This document shows positions 29,046 through 38,822 of a stretch of 64,000 bases of DNA, piece by piece. A model generated the notes under the pieces. That model had not been told where the DNA came from. It worked only from the letters and a program-made list of their open reading frames with translations, and searched no databases. The position numbers were made by a program, and so were the translations under genes. The stretch is from an uncultured Thermococci archaeon (GTDB lineage: Archaea; Methanobacteriota_B; Thermococci; Methanofastidiosales; Methanofastidiosaceae). How positions within the stretch are numbered: position 1 is the first letter of the stretch; each line of letters starts with the position of its first letter. The stretch spans positions 7,639 through 71,638 of the forward strand of contig CAZFRW010000001.1 in NCBI GenBank assembly GCA_964521515.1, in the 5' to 3' direction.

Positions 29046-29534
29046 TTAATCAGTCAAGAGCAATTTTTTTACCCTGACCCCAGCGTCTCTTATCATGCTC
29101 ATTTTTATTTCATTGTCAAGGTCATAATCTCTTCCATAAACTATTTCTTTTACGCCTGCATTTATGAGGATTTTTGTGCAGGACATGCAGGGAAAATGCG
29201 TCGAATAAACAGTTGAATTTTCAGTCGACACTCCATGTATTGCAGCTTGAATTATCGTATTCTGTTCTGCATGAACTCCTCTACATAGATGAGATTTTTC
29301 GAGAGAACCAAGTGTTTGCCTAAGGCATGTTTCTTCCGAGCAGTGTGGGAGACTTCGTGGGGCACCATTATAACCAGTAGATATGATATAGCCTTCCTTA
29401 ACTAATACTGCACCTACTTGCTGTTTTATACATGTTGATCTTTTCTTAACTAATTCTGCAATACTCATAAAATATGTATCTATGTCCATCCTTGTCATAA
29501 AAATCACTCTATTATTTAAAAAATTCTTTAACAA
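29046..29534 (-). CDS. dCMP deaminase (ComEB/cytidine-deoxycytidylate deaminase family)
   Basis: Zinc-binding HAEQNTI and PCMSCTKILINAG motifs; 162 aa. Confidence 0.8.
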   Translation of the reverse strand: MLKNFLNNRVIFMTRMDIDTYFMSIAELVKKRSTCIKQQVGAVLVKEGYIISTGYNGAPRSLPHCSEETCLRQTLGSLEKSHLCRGVHAEQNTIIQAAIHGVSTENSTVYSTHFPCMSCTKILINAGVKEIVYGRDYDLDNEIKMSMIRDAGVRVKKLLLTD

Positions 29535-30231
29535 TTATTCTTCTTTGATCAATATTTTTTCCCTCAAATAGTTTGTAACAACCACAAGAAGATTTGCCTT
29601 CTGTGCATATACCTTCACTGATGCACTTTGGGCCTGATGTCTCAAACAACGCAGGCGAAACTTCAAGGACTTGATATAGCATTTCCCAGGCCATATCCCT
29701 AATCTCCCACTGTGCTCTGTTGCAACACCTGAGATTAAAGAAATGTAGAAGCTCTCTGGCATTCATTGTCATGACGAGATTTGTCTTTATAGCATTTGGG
29801 AGTACAAATCTAGCATCTTCAGGAGTTATCCCTAGTTCGATTAGTTTCTTATAAATTTCGGCACTATTATTAATACTTTCATTGAATATCTCATCTGCAT
29901 TTTTATTCTTTTTAATCGAAGGGGGAGTGACAAATGGAGCATCCTCCATCTTTACATATCTCTGGCTCTGCTGAGTAAAGGATGCTATTCTATGCCTTAC
30001 TAGTTGATGAGAGCATGCCCTAGATATCCCCTCTATAGAAAAAGTAAAATTTGCATGTTCTATAACTGAATAGTGGCCATATCCAACAACCCTTTGAATT
30101 CTCTTTTTTGCATTATCTGAGTCTATTTCATTCAACATATCAGAAGGGACTCCTTCTTTCATCGACGTAAGAGCTGCAACAGCACACACTTTTTCAGGGT
30201 TTCTGGTATGCTCTAAAAGAACAACTTTCAT
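29512..30231 (-). CDS. thyX: FAD-dependent thymidylate synthase ThyX
   Basis: ThyX RHRxxxxxxxS motif present (QLVRHRIASFTQQSQRY). Confidence 0.85.
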   Translation of the reverse strand: MKVVLLEHTRNPEKVCAVAALTSMKEGVPSDMLNEIDSDNAKKRIQRVVGYGHYSVIEHANFTFSIEGISRACSHQLVRHRIASFTQQSQRYVKMEDAPFVTPPSIKKNKNADEIFNESINNSAEIYKKLIELGITPEDARFVLPNAIKTNLVMTMNARELLHFFNLRCCNRAQWEIRDMAWEMLYQVLEVSPALFETSGPKCISEGICTEGKSSCGCYKLFEGKNIDQRRIIVKEFFK

Positions 30232-30320
30232 TATACCAAATTAGCCCAAATATTATATAAGATTAATCATTTATAATTGGATATAAATAATACAAATTGT
30301 TTGATAGTACAATGGTAATT

Positions 30321-30333
30321 ATTGATTATCAAT
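30321..30333. promoter_or_regulatory. palindrome ATTGAT-T-ATCAAT (half-site repeated at 30465-30477, ATTGATTATCAG)
   Basis: Read directly, in the 270-bp AT-rich region upstream of the 30503 ORF and surface-protein gene. Confidence 0.25.
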
Positions 30334-30502
30334 ACTTTCCTAGTATTTAAATAATAACATCAATAATTTGAAAGGTATTAAGGCCTTTTTGTTTATATTT
30401 TGTAATGATTTTGGAACATTGTTATATATTATCGATATCGAAAAGCTTATAAACTGGTAACTGTATATTGATTATCAGCTACTAAAGGATAGGTGAAGCA
30501 TT

Positions 30503-30766
30503 ATGAAAATAGTTGAAAGAGGAATTGAAAGGCATATAGATAGGCCCTACACAGTTAGGATACTTGTCGAAAACCTAAATCTTGGCACAATCAGTCCAGG
30601 AACAATTCCAGGGTCTGTAAACGTAAAAACTTACGACTCAGAGCTTGGGACATACCTGGAGCTTTCCGGTGACACAAGGGACGTTATAGAGTGCGAGACA
30701 AGAATAGTAGAGATGGACAATACTATTAAGGTAAAAGACGTAAGAAAAGTATTTTCAGAGATTTAA
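30503..30766 (+). CDS. hypothetical small protein
   Basis: 87 aa with no motif. It precedes the surface-protein gene on the same strand. Confidence 0.4.
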   Translation: MKIVERGIERHIDRPYTVRILVENLNLGTISPGTIPGSVNVKTYDSELGTYLELSGDTRDVIECETRIVEMDNTIKVKDVRKVFSEI

Positions 30767-30800
30767 TTTTTTATTTTAATTAATAAATCTTGGGAGAAAA

Positions 30801-32435
30801 ATGTTAGGAAGATACTCAAGGATTGCCATCTTATCAATATTCATATTGGTAATCATGATGCCATCTACTTGGGGTGCTACTAACAAGAATTTTCTCCTTA
30901 ACATTTCTAGCCCAAATGGGGCTCCAATTCCCGATGCAGAAATTAGGATGTCATTACAATCAGATACAAATTACCAAAGATCAGCAACTTCAAATTCAAG
31001 GGGGGAAGTGCTTTTTGAAAATATAGCGGAAGGAAGCTATACAATCACTATATCAAAAAGTGGATTTGCCACCATTATAGAAAATGTAGATATTACTTCA
31101 ATTGACTCAAAGACATTTTATCTAAGACACACTGGATTTAAAATAATTTCAGGAAATGTCTACAAAGATTCAAACAGTAACAATATATTTGAAACTGGCG
31201 AGCTCGGTATATCTAACGTAACTGTGAAAGTGACAAACATAACTACAAACGAAACATTTTCAATCAACACTGATGAAAATGGACAATTTAGAATTGAAGT
31301 TCCTGATGCACAAAACTATACTATTAAAGTTTCTTATTTAACATCAGAATATGAGTTACCTAACTCTGTAACTCCAATAGATACTGTTGATTATTCAATT
31401 AATATCCCTTTAACCATAAAAGGAGAGATTTATGGGAAATTAACAACAGACGATGGCAAACCATTATTTGGTATACAGGTTCTTCTCAAAGGGACAACCG
31501 TATCTTATACCCCAACAGATCTTGGTGGTTTCTTTAAATTTTCAGTCAAACCAGGAACTTATTTCTTAGAAGTCGAATTTATGGATTACGAGAAGTATAC
31601 CTCTGAAACTTTTGATCTGGGAGAAGAAGATCAAAAAGAATTTACAATTGTTCTCTCAAAACAAAAAGGTACTTTTACTTATGAAATAAAGACTGAGGAC
31701 GGAAAAGCTTTATCTGAAGTTGAAGCAGAAATAATAAAGACTGGAAGCGGAGTATTAGTTGAAAAGATTACTAAGGCAAATGGTGCAATACAACTCGTAC
31801 CTGGAGTCTATACACTAAAGGCAGATGCAAAAGGGTATAATCCTTCTGAAGTGGATTTTGAGATTACTAAAAATGGAATATCAAAGGCCCTCAAACTAAA
31901 ACAAGCTAATGGTTCACTAAAAGTTTCATTAAAAGATTCAAAAGGCGGCCCTATAAGCGGAGTTTCTATCTTGGTCGACGGAGTCCAAAAAGGAAACTCA
32001 GACAATTCTGGTACAATAGTAATATCTGAACTTCCGCCAAAAGATTATCAAGTTGTTGCCTCTTCAACATTGTACGGAAAGGTAACTCAGATCGTAAAAG
32101 TTGAAGGCGAAACAGAAAAAGAAATTAATTTAGTATTAGAATCAAATATTTTAATTCAAGCATTGCCTATAATAATAATTGCCATATTTTTCATTATAAT
32201 TGCTTTATTAAAGAAGAATATGAAACACATTGGCCTTCCAAAAATATCATCTGAAAAGCCGCCTGAAACCTTGTCAGTGCAAGAAGCCCCAACTCAGGTA
32301 TATCCCCAAGAAGCTGAGTCAAGGGAGCAATTTACCGAACCGAAACCGATGCCAATCAAAAAATCAAAGCTTAAGACAAAAAAACCACTAAAAGGACTTC
32401 CTAAAAAACCTTCAAAGGATAAAATAAATCCATAA
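30801..32435 (+). CDS. cell-surface protein with repeated beta-sandwich (carboxypeptidase-regulatory/PEGA-like) domains and C-terminal membrane anchor
   Basis: N-terminal signal/TM. It has at least five repeats of an about 80-aa module, each with G.Y.ITISKSGF/G.Y.LKADAKGY-type strands. A C-terminal TM (IIIIAIFFIIIALL) is followed by a Lys/Pro-rich tail. Confidence 0.6.
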   Translation: MLGRYSRIAILSIFILVIMMPSTWGATNKNFLLNISSPNGAPIPDAEIRMSLQSDTNYQRSATSNSRGEVLFENIAEGSYTITISKSGFATIIENVDITSIDSKTFYLRHTGFKIISGNVYKDSNSNNIFETGELGISNVTVKVTNITTNETFSINTDENGQFRIEVPDAQNYTIKVSYLTSEYELPNSVTPIDTVDYSINIPLTIKGEIYGKLTTDDGKPLFGIQVLLKGTTVSYTPTDLGGFFKFSVKPGTYFLEVEFMDYEKYTSETFDLGEEDQKEFTIVLSKQKGTFTYEIKTEDGKALSEVEAEIIKTGSGVLVEKITKANGAIQLVPGVYTLKADAKGYNPSEVDFEITKNGISKALKLKQANGSLKVSLKDSKGGPISGVSILVDGVQKGNSDNSGTIVISELPPKDYQVVASSTLYGKVTQIVKVEGETEKEINLVLESNILIQALPIIIIAIFFIIIALLKKNMKHIGLPKISSEKPPETLSVQEAPTQVYPQEAESREQFTEPKPMPIKKSKLKTKKPLKGLPKKPSKDKINP

Positions 32436-32469
32436 GCTTTTTTAGTTTATACTTCTAATCTTATTCTAT

Positions 32470-33864
32470 ATGAAGAAAAAAGTTGTTATTATTGGTGCAG
32501 GACCCGCAGGTCTTTTTTCTGCTTACAAACTTTCTGAAACTGATAAATTTGATATCATTGTCCTAGATAAGGGAAGGGATGTTGATAGTAGGAAGTGTCC
32601 ACTCGAACTTACAGGCGAGTGTGATAATTGTAACCCTTGCAATGTGTTATACGGGGCTGGTGGTTCAGGTTGTCTTTCAGACGGAATACTAAATCTAAGG
32701 CCTGATATAGGGGGGGATCTAGAAGAACTTACTGGAAAAGCAGACAAAGCCATAAAATTAGTGGAAGAAGTAGATTCAATTTTTTTGAAACATGGGGCGC
32801 CAGAAAAACTTTTCATTGGCGAAACAGAAATGATCGAAGATTTACAAAGAAAAGCCGAGGCCTCAGGGATTAAGTTTATACAGATACCTCAAAGACACAT
32901 AGGAAGCGACTACACGCCCGTAGTAATAAACTCTATGAAAAAATATCTTGAGAAAAAAAGGGTAAAATTTGTCTTATTGGCAGATGTCATAAAAATAGAA
33001 AATAAAAAATATGGATATGATACTACATATATTCAAAAAAAGGCTTCTCATAAAATAGAGTCTGATTATGTCATTGCGGCACCTGGTAGAGCCGGTTCTA
33101 GTTTTTTAATGTCACAAATTAAGGAACTGGGCATCAAGACGGAGAATCAACCTATTGATATTGGAGTAAGAGTCGAAGTACCAAAAGTTGTAATGAAACC
33201 AGTAATTGAGGTTAATAGAGATCCAAAGTTTCATATCTATTCCAAGACTTATGATGATTTTGTAAGGACCTTTTGTACAAATCATGAAGGATATGTCATG
33301 AAGGAGCAGTATGATGGATATGTTGGCGTAAATGGCCACTCCATGAGGGATATTAAATCTCCAAACAGTAACTTTGCTTTTCTTTCAAAGGTTACACTCA
33401 CATCGCCTGTAGAGGATACAACTTCATATGGGATATCTATTGCAAAAATTGCCACACTTCTTGGCGGGGGTAAACCTCTTATCCAGAGATTTGGGGACTT
33501 AAGGAGGGGAAGAAGGTCAACACCTGAAAGAATTAGAAGAAGCAATATAAAACCAACACTTCTCTCGGCTACCCCAGGAGATATAGCCATGGCATTACCC
33601 TATAGGATAGTTACAAATTTAATCGAATCACTTGAAAGGCTTGATAATGTACTCCCCGGCGTGGGAAGCGATTCAACACTTCTATATGCTCCAGAGATTA
33701 AATTCTACGGAATAAGGGTAAAAGTAGACGTATCAATGGAAACTAATTTATCAAATCTTTTCGTCGCGGGTGATGGAGTTGGGCTTTCTAGAGATATAGT
33801 AAATTCTGCAGCCACAGGTATTCTTGCAGCAGAGGGGATATTGAAGAAGGAGAGTGTATCTTGA
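32470..33864 (+). CDS. FAD-dependent oxidoreductase (COG2509-like uncharacterised FAD dehydrogenase)
   Basis: N-terminal VVIIGAGPAGLFSA dinucleotide fold and a second GxGxxG near the C-terminus (FVAGDGVGLS). Confidence 0.65.
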   Translation: MKKKVVIIGAGPAGLFSAYKLSETDKFDIIVLDKGRDVDSRKCPLELTGECDNCNPCNVLYGAGGSGCLSDGILNLRPDIGGDLEELTGKADKAIKLVEEVDSIFLKHGAPEKLFIGETEMIEDLQRKAEASGIKFIQIPQRHIGSDYTPVVINSMKKYLEKKRVKFVLLADVIKIENKKYGYDTTYIQKKASHKIESDYVIAAPGRAGSSFLMSQIKELGIKTENQPIDIGVRVEVPKVVMKPVIEVNRDPKFHIYSKTYDDFVRTFCTNHEGYVMKEQYDGYVGVNGHSMRDIKSPNSNFAFLSKVTLTSPVEDTTSYGISIAKIATLLGGGKPLIQRFGDLRRGRRSTPERIRRSNIKPTLLSATPGDIAMALPYRIVTNLIESLERLDNVLPGVGSDSTLLYAPEIKFYGIRVKVDVSMETNLSNLFVAGDGVGLSRDIVNSAATGILAAEGILKKESVS

Positions 33865-34661
33865 AAGAAATCCAATACGTATTTATGGATATTGACGGTG
33901 TCCTTTACAAGGGTCGTTACCCCATTAACGGGGCAAGAGAATTCATTGATTATTTAATTGAAGAAGAAATAAAATTTATTTGTGTAACTAACAATTCTGC
34001 CAAAACTCCGAAAGACTATTCAAAAAGATTGAAAAGTATGAAAATAAATATTGGAGAAAATGAAATAATAAATTCAGGGATTGCGACAGTAGAATTTCTA
34101 AAAGATACGTTTCTCAAAGAAAAGGATAATCTAAGTGCATATATAGTTGGTGGTGAAGGTTTAGTATCTCTAATAGAAGATTCTGGTATAAGAATTGATG
34201 ATAAAGATCCAGATCTAGTGATAGTGGGATGGGATACCAATTTCACTTATGAAAAAATGAAGAAGGCATCGCTTGCTATTCAAAAAGGTGCAATATATAT
34301 AGGTACTAATCCCGATATAACGTATCCCTCGGATGAAGGTATACTCCCAGGGTGTGGTGCAATTTTGGCTTCAATAACAACTGCAAGTGGTGTTGAACCC
34401 ATAATAATTGGAAAACCTAGATCTTTAATAATGGAAATTGCAGCCAAAAAGATTTCAGCAAAAAAGGAAAAAAGCTTGATGATTGGGGATAGAATTGACA
34501 CAGATATTTTGGCAGGAAGAAACTTTGGTGTTCAAACGGCACTTGTATTGAGTGGGGTTGTGGATAAATTAGAAGTATCAAAATCCCATATAAAGCCCGA
34601 TTATGTCTTTGAAGATATGATGGATTTATATATTAATTTAAAAAAATCTAGAAAGGTGTAA
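33861..34661 (+). CDS. HAD-superfamily hydrolase, subfamily IIA (NagD-like)
   Basis: Motif I FMDIDGVL, motif II VTNNS, and GDRIDTDILAG motifs III/IV. Confidence 0.7.
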   Translation: MKEIQYVFMDIDGVLYKGRYPINGAREFIDYLIEEEIKFICVTNNSAKTPKDYSKRLKSMKINIGENEIINSGIATVEFLKDTFLKEKDNLSAYIVGGEGLVSLIEDSGIRIDDKDPDLVIVGWDTNFTYEKMKKASLAIQKGAIYIGTNPDITYPSDEGILPGCGAILASITTASGVEPIIIGKPRSLIMEIAAKKISAKKEKSLMIGDRIDTDILAGRNFGVQTALVLSGVVDKLEVSKSHIKPDYVFEDMMDLYINLKKSRKV

Positions 34662-34663
34662 AA

Positions 34664-35155
34664 ATGAAAGGCAATAAAATATTAGTTTTGTGTTTGATTC
34701 TGATTTTTTTATTACCGCTTTGTCTTAACACGTCTCTTGATAATTGGAATACAGGTATAAAAGTTGCAAATCTGCGTTTAGCAAAAGGAATAGAATATTA
34801 TAACATCTCTTCAAACGCCTATTCAATTCAGGACATGGACAATGTTACCATTTATGCCGATAAAGCAATATTGGAATTTTCAACAGCCATAATAGCTCTT
34901 GAAAATGCAATGGGCGAAGCCCAGAAATCAAATAAGGCTTGGTTAGCCACATATACGAATTATTACCTAAAAAAAGTCCAAGCACTAAAAAATGCAGCAG
35001 TTGAGATAAAAATCTTGAAAGAGTATTATATAAATGGGCAGGAAGACGGAATCATCCAATCAATGAATAATATAAAACAGTATGAAGATGAATTTAAGAT
35101 GTATGACCTCAAGATGGAGGACATAAAAAGAGATCACATAACAGAGTTCCAGTAA
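34664..35155 (+). CDS. hypothetical secreted/membrane-anchored helical protein
   Basis: N-terminal hydrophobic segment followed by a predicted helical domain. No family recognised. Confidence 0.45.
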   Translation: MKGNKILVLCLILIFLLPLCLNTSLDNWNTGIKVANLRLAKGIEYYNISSNAYSIQDMDNVTIYADKAILEFSTAIIALENAMGEAQKSNKAWLATYTNYYLKKVQALKNAAVEIKILKEYYINGQEDGIIQSMNNIKQYEDEFKMYDLKMEDIKRDHITEFQ

Positions 35156-35704
35156 CTATTCTCTTTTCTTTTCAATTAATTCTCCCGGATAAGTAAAATA
35201 TGGCCCTCCAAGATGATTAATGAACTTTACCTTTTCAATATTGATGCAATCATTGTAGAACTCCTTTTCTATTTCACAATGGACTACCTCTCCAATAAAG
35301 AGATAGTGGTCACCACACAAAAATGAGTCAATGACTCTACACTCAAGAAAAGCAAAGCACTCTTTGATTGAAGGAGAAGAGATCTTTTTACCTTTAACTT
35401 CTTTAAGATTATATTTCTTATATTTATCAACATTCCTACCACTCTCAGAACCACAAAGTATAGCCTTGTCTAAAAGGTCAATTGAGGGAATGTTGACTGT
35501 AAATTCTTTAGAATTACCAATCAAAATATGGGACAGTTTCTTTGTTGAAAGGGATATTGAAATAAGTGGGGGTGAATGAGAAACAGGGCTTGTCCAAGCT
35601 GCAGTAACGATATTAGACTTCCCTTGGTACTTCGACGTGATTAAAACAAGAGGCCCAGGATTTAGTAACCGGAGGCCTTTTAGATTTTCTATTTTGATTT
35701 TCAT
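35156..35704 (-). CDS. flavin reductase-like FMN-binding domain protein
   Basis: LLNPGPLVLITSKYQGKSNIVTAAWTSPVSHSPPLISISL fits the flavin-reductase-like split-barrel pattern. Confidence 0.65.
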   Translation of the reverse strand: MKIKIENLKGLRLLNPGPLVLITSKYQGKSNIVTAAWTSPVSHSPPLISISLSTKKLSHILIGNSKEFTVNIPSIDLLDKAILCGSESGRNVDKYKKYNLKEVKGKKISSPSIKECFAFLECRVIDSFLCGDHYLFIGEVVHCEIEKEFYNDCINIEKVKFINHLGGPYFTYPGELIEKKRE

Positions 35705-36195
35705 TCTATCCTGTATCCTATTTTTTCTAAAAGATCTCTTCGTTCTTTCTTTTCATATTTGTCTTCAATCTTCTCAGCAAAATTTCCATCAACAACTCCC
35801 ATAACAGAATTTCCTAGATTTGTTTTTGCTACAATTACTTGGAAGGGATTTTCGCTGGCTCCATATACAGCGCAAACAGACGGATGGGTTTTTATATTAT
35901 TTAAGACATTAATAGGAAAAGCACCTCGCATCATTATTACAAATATATGTCCAGCACCTATCTTCAAAGCGGCATTGGCAGCAAGATCTTTTAGGTGCTC
36001 ATCGTTTCCTGCAACTCTTGTAAGTTTAGGCTTGGCTTCGTTCATTGCAATACCAATCTTAATGCCTGCAACACAGGTCAGAAGAGTTCTTGCAAGATCA
36101 TCTACAGTGTATATAGAAAAGTTTCCTTGCCCAACTATAAACTCAACACCATCGTCTTTCTTTATGTCAATAACATTCATTTCCATAATACCCAC
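35701..36195 (-). CDS. conserved hypothetical protein (possibly DUF355/adenosine-specific-kinase family)
   Basis: 164-aa alpha/beta protein whose stop overlaps the start of the flavin reductase-like gene. The family assignment is from memory of general features only. Confidence 0.45.
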   Translation of the reverse strand: MGIMEMNVIDIKKDDGVEFIVGQGNFSIYTVDDLARTLLTCVAGIKIGIAMNEAKPKLTRVAGNDEHLKDLAANAALKIGAGHIFVIMMRGAFPINVLNNIKTHPSVCAVYGASENPFQVIVAKTNLGNSVMGVVDGNFAEKIEDKYEKKERRDLLEKIGYRIE

Positions 36196-36221
36196 CTTTT
36201 CAAGTTTTTAGATATTAATTT

Positions 36222-36932
36222 CTAATCTATACATCTATTGAGTGCCTCGAAAGCAAGCACCATATCCTTCTCATCAACGACAAATATGGTGTCCATAAAA
36301 CAGCTCATAGTTTCAATAACGTTTATCCCAACAGAGGAAAGATTTGAGGATAAATAGGAAACCACCCCCGGAGTATCTCCAATGTCTTCTGGGCTCTTAA
36401 CAGATATTTCAACTAGGTTCTTTGATACTCTCAATACATTTTCTTTACCTATAAGTGCGGTGACTTCCTCAAGGTAATCTTCAAGCAATATTAGGGTTAT
36501 GCCCTGGGAGCCTTGGATAATATTTATCAGATAGCCTTCAGAAAGTGTCTTCTTTAGAATAGGCTCAAGTTTCAAGAAAACATGCCATCCTGGTTTTAAT
36601 GTTACAGTAGCAACCTTTGTCTTTATGTTGATTCTGCTCTTCTTTAGAATCAGCTTTATTTTCTTCTCAAGAAAATGTTTTTCTTTCTGTAATTCTTCAG
36701 CATATCTCCTAGATGCTATAAGCACAGCAACCATGTTATCTATTTTGTATTCGTCCATTATCATTCTTGAAAGAGCAGAATAATTGATTATCCCATATTT
36801 AAGACAGTCCATTATAGATGGGTGTGCGCCTATATATTCCCTGACTATTCCAGCTATGCTTTTTTTGTCTGACACAGGTAGTATTTGTATGATACTATAT
36901 TTAAATGTTCTGAATGCATTAAAGATTGACAA
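36222..36932 (-). CDS. ACT-domain-containing protein
   Basis: The C-terminal roughly 90 aa have an ACT-like beta-alpha-beta-beta-alpha-beta pattern (VSYLSSNLSSVGINVIETMS...IFVVDE). Confidence 0.45.
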   Translation of the reverse strand: MSIFNAFRTFKYSIIQILPVSDKKSIAGIVREYIGAHPSIMDCLKYGIINYSALSRMIMDEYKIDNMVAVLIASRRYAEELQKEKHFLEKKIKLILKKSRINIKTKVATVTLKPGWHVFLKLEPILKKTLSEGYLINIIQGSQGITLILLEDYLEEVTALIGKENVLRVSKNLVEISVKSPEDIGDTPGVVSYLSSNLSSVGINVIETMSCFMDTIFVVDEKDMVLAFEALNRCID

Positions 36933-36984
36933 ATTATGCCAAAATACTTAAATCATGTTTATTATACCTATTTTAGATGTTTTT

Positions 36985-37332
36985 ATGTCAATAAAAAATC
37001 CAAAGACGCTTAGAGAAAAGACAAGATACGTTAGCTTTAAAATAGAAGGGGGGAAAGACTTTAAAAGAGAAGACCTAGTTAAAGCTATCTGGAATTCAGC
37101 CATTGATTTTTTAGGAGAGTTTGGCGCTTCTGAAATAGGTCTTTGGGTTAAGGAGTATAATGAGAGTAATAAATATGGCATAATAGAAAGTAATATAAAA
37201 TCATTACACAAAGCTATATTTATACTATCACTTACTAAATCTGTAGGTAAAGAAAAAGTTAATATACTGCCTCTTTGTGTATCAGGGACTATAAAGGGGT
37301 TAGAAAAAAATATTAAGTCTAATGTTAATTAG
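36985..37332 (+). CDS. rnp2: RNase P protein component 2 (Pop5/Rnp2)
   Basis: KTLREKTRYVSFKIEG matches the Pop5 N-terminal signature (TLR.K.RYI.F). It is the first gene of the exosome superoperon, directly before psmA. The ORF could start at 36955. Confidence 0.65.
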   Translation: MSIKNPKTLREKTRYVSFKIEGGKDFKREDLVKAIWNSAIDFLGEFGASEIGLWVKEYNESNKYGIIESNIKSLHKAIFILSLTKSVGKEKVNILPLCVSGTIKGLEKNIKSNVN

Positions 37333-37349
37333 TTTATGGAGGTATATAA

Positions 37350-38108
37350 ATGGCATTTGTTCCACCCGCATCTGGATATGACCGGGCAATCACCGTTTTT
37401 AGTCCAGATGGAAGTTTGTATCAGGTTCAATACGCTGGCGAGGCAGTAAGAAGGGGTGCCACCGCTATAGGTATTAAATGTAACGATGGCGTTGTTCTAT
37501 GTGTTGACAAGAGAATCCCTTCAAGGCTCGTTGAACCGGAATCATTTGAGAAGATATTTCAAATAGATGATCATCTAGCAGCAGCGACCTCAGGAATCAT
37601 AGCAGATGCAAGGATACTTGTCGATAGGGCAAGAATTGAAGCACAGATTCATACATTAAGCTATGATGAAAAGATGTCTGTTATGATGCTTGCAAAGAAG
37701 ATTGGAGACTTAAAGCAGATGCACACACAATATGGCGGATTAAGGCCATTTGGTGCTTCTTTAATTCTTGCAGGTATTAATTCAGAAGGACCTCAAATAT
37801 TTGTTACTGAGCCTTCAGGAGCTTACCTTGAGTGGAAAGCAACAGCCATAGGCGCTGGAAGATCCGTCGCAATGGAGATATTCGAAAAAGAATATTCGCC
37901 TGAAATATCAATTGAACACGCAATAATACTTGCTTTAAGGGCCCTTAAAAAATCAATAGAGGGAGACCTAAGCAAGAGTAATGTTGAAATGGCTGTAATA
38001 AGTATGGAAGATAAGAGATTTAAGAAAATGGATGAAGAAACATTGAATCTCTATATCGAGAAAGTTAAAGCGATTAAGGAAGAAGAGAAAAAGGAGGATA
38101 AGGAGTAG
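37350..38108 (+). CDS. psmA: proteasome alpha subunit
   Basis: [21 protein letters not shown]-terminus is universal for proteasome alpha; 252 aa. Confidence 0.9.
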   Translation: MAFVPPASGYDRAITVFSPDGSLYQVQYAGEAVRRGATAIGIKCNDGVVLCVDKRIPSRLVEPESFEKIFQIDDHLAAATSGIIADARILVDRARIEAQIHTLSYDEKMSVMMLAKKIGDLKQMHTQYGGLRPFGASLILAGINSEGPQIFVTEPSGAYLEWKATAIGAGRSVAMEIFEKEYSPEISIEHAIILALRALKKSIEGDLSKSNVEMAVISMEDKRFKKMDEETLNLYIEKVKAIKEEEKKEDKE

Positions 38109-38113
38109 ATTGT

Positions 38114-38806
38114 TTGATATCTCTAGATGATGCAGTTACTGCAAAATTAAAGTACCAAGGGGAACATTTTGAGATTTTAGTCGATCCCAAAAAGGCCCAA
38201 GAATTTAAGGGTGGAAATGAAGCAGATGATTTTCTAGCCACGAATTTTATTTTTAAAGACGCCAACAAGGGAGATAAAGCATCTCCAGAGTCTCTTAAAA
38301 AAGCATTTGGTACGGATAACGTTAATGAGATTTCAAAGATTATTCTTAAGAAAGGAGAAATACACCTTACCACTGAGCAGAGAAGGACACTCATGGAAAA
38401 TAAAAGAGCCCAGATTATTTCTTATATATCAAGACATGCAATAAATCCTCAGACAGGCCACCCACATCCACCACAAAGAATAGAAAATGCCTTAGAAGAG
38501 GCGAGAGTTACTATAGACATGTACAAAAGAACTGAAGATCAAATTAAACAGATAATTCATGTATTAGCCCCAATAATACCCATTAAGATTGAAAACAGGA
38601 GAATTGTCGTTAAAGTGCCTGCAGAGCATGCACCTAAAACAATGGGATTTGCAAAAAATCTTGGTACTATTATTAAAGAGGAATGGGGAAGAGATGGCTC
38701 TTGGATGTTTGTAATTGAAATACCAGCTGGATTACAAGATGACCTTTTCAATAAGTTGAACAGCGCCACAAAAGGAAACGTTGAAACAAAGATAATGGAT
38801 AAATGA
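38114..38806 (+). CDS. SBDS-family ribosome maturation protein
   Basis: TTG start. AKLKYQGEHFEILVDPKKAQEFK matches the SBDS FYSH-domain signature. Confidence 0.85.
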   Translation: MISLDDAVTAKLKYQGEHFEILVDPKKAQEFKGGNEADDFLATNFIFKDANKGDKASPESLKKAFGTDNVNEISKIILKKGEIHLTTEQRRTLMENKRAQIISYISRHAINPQTGHPHPPQRIENALEEARVTIDMYKRTEDQIKQIIHVLAPIIPIKIENRRIVVKVPAEHAPKTMGFAKNLGTIIKEEWGRDGSWMFVIEIPAGLQDDLFNKLNSATKGNVETKIMDK

Positions 38807-38822
38807 TACGGAGAAGATAACA

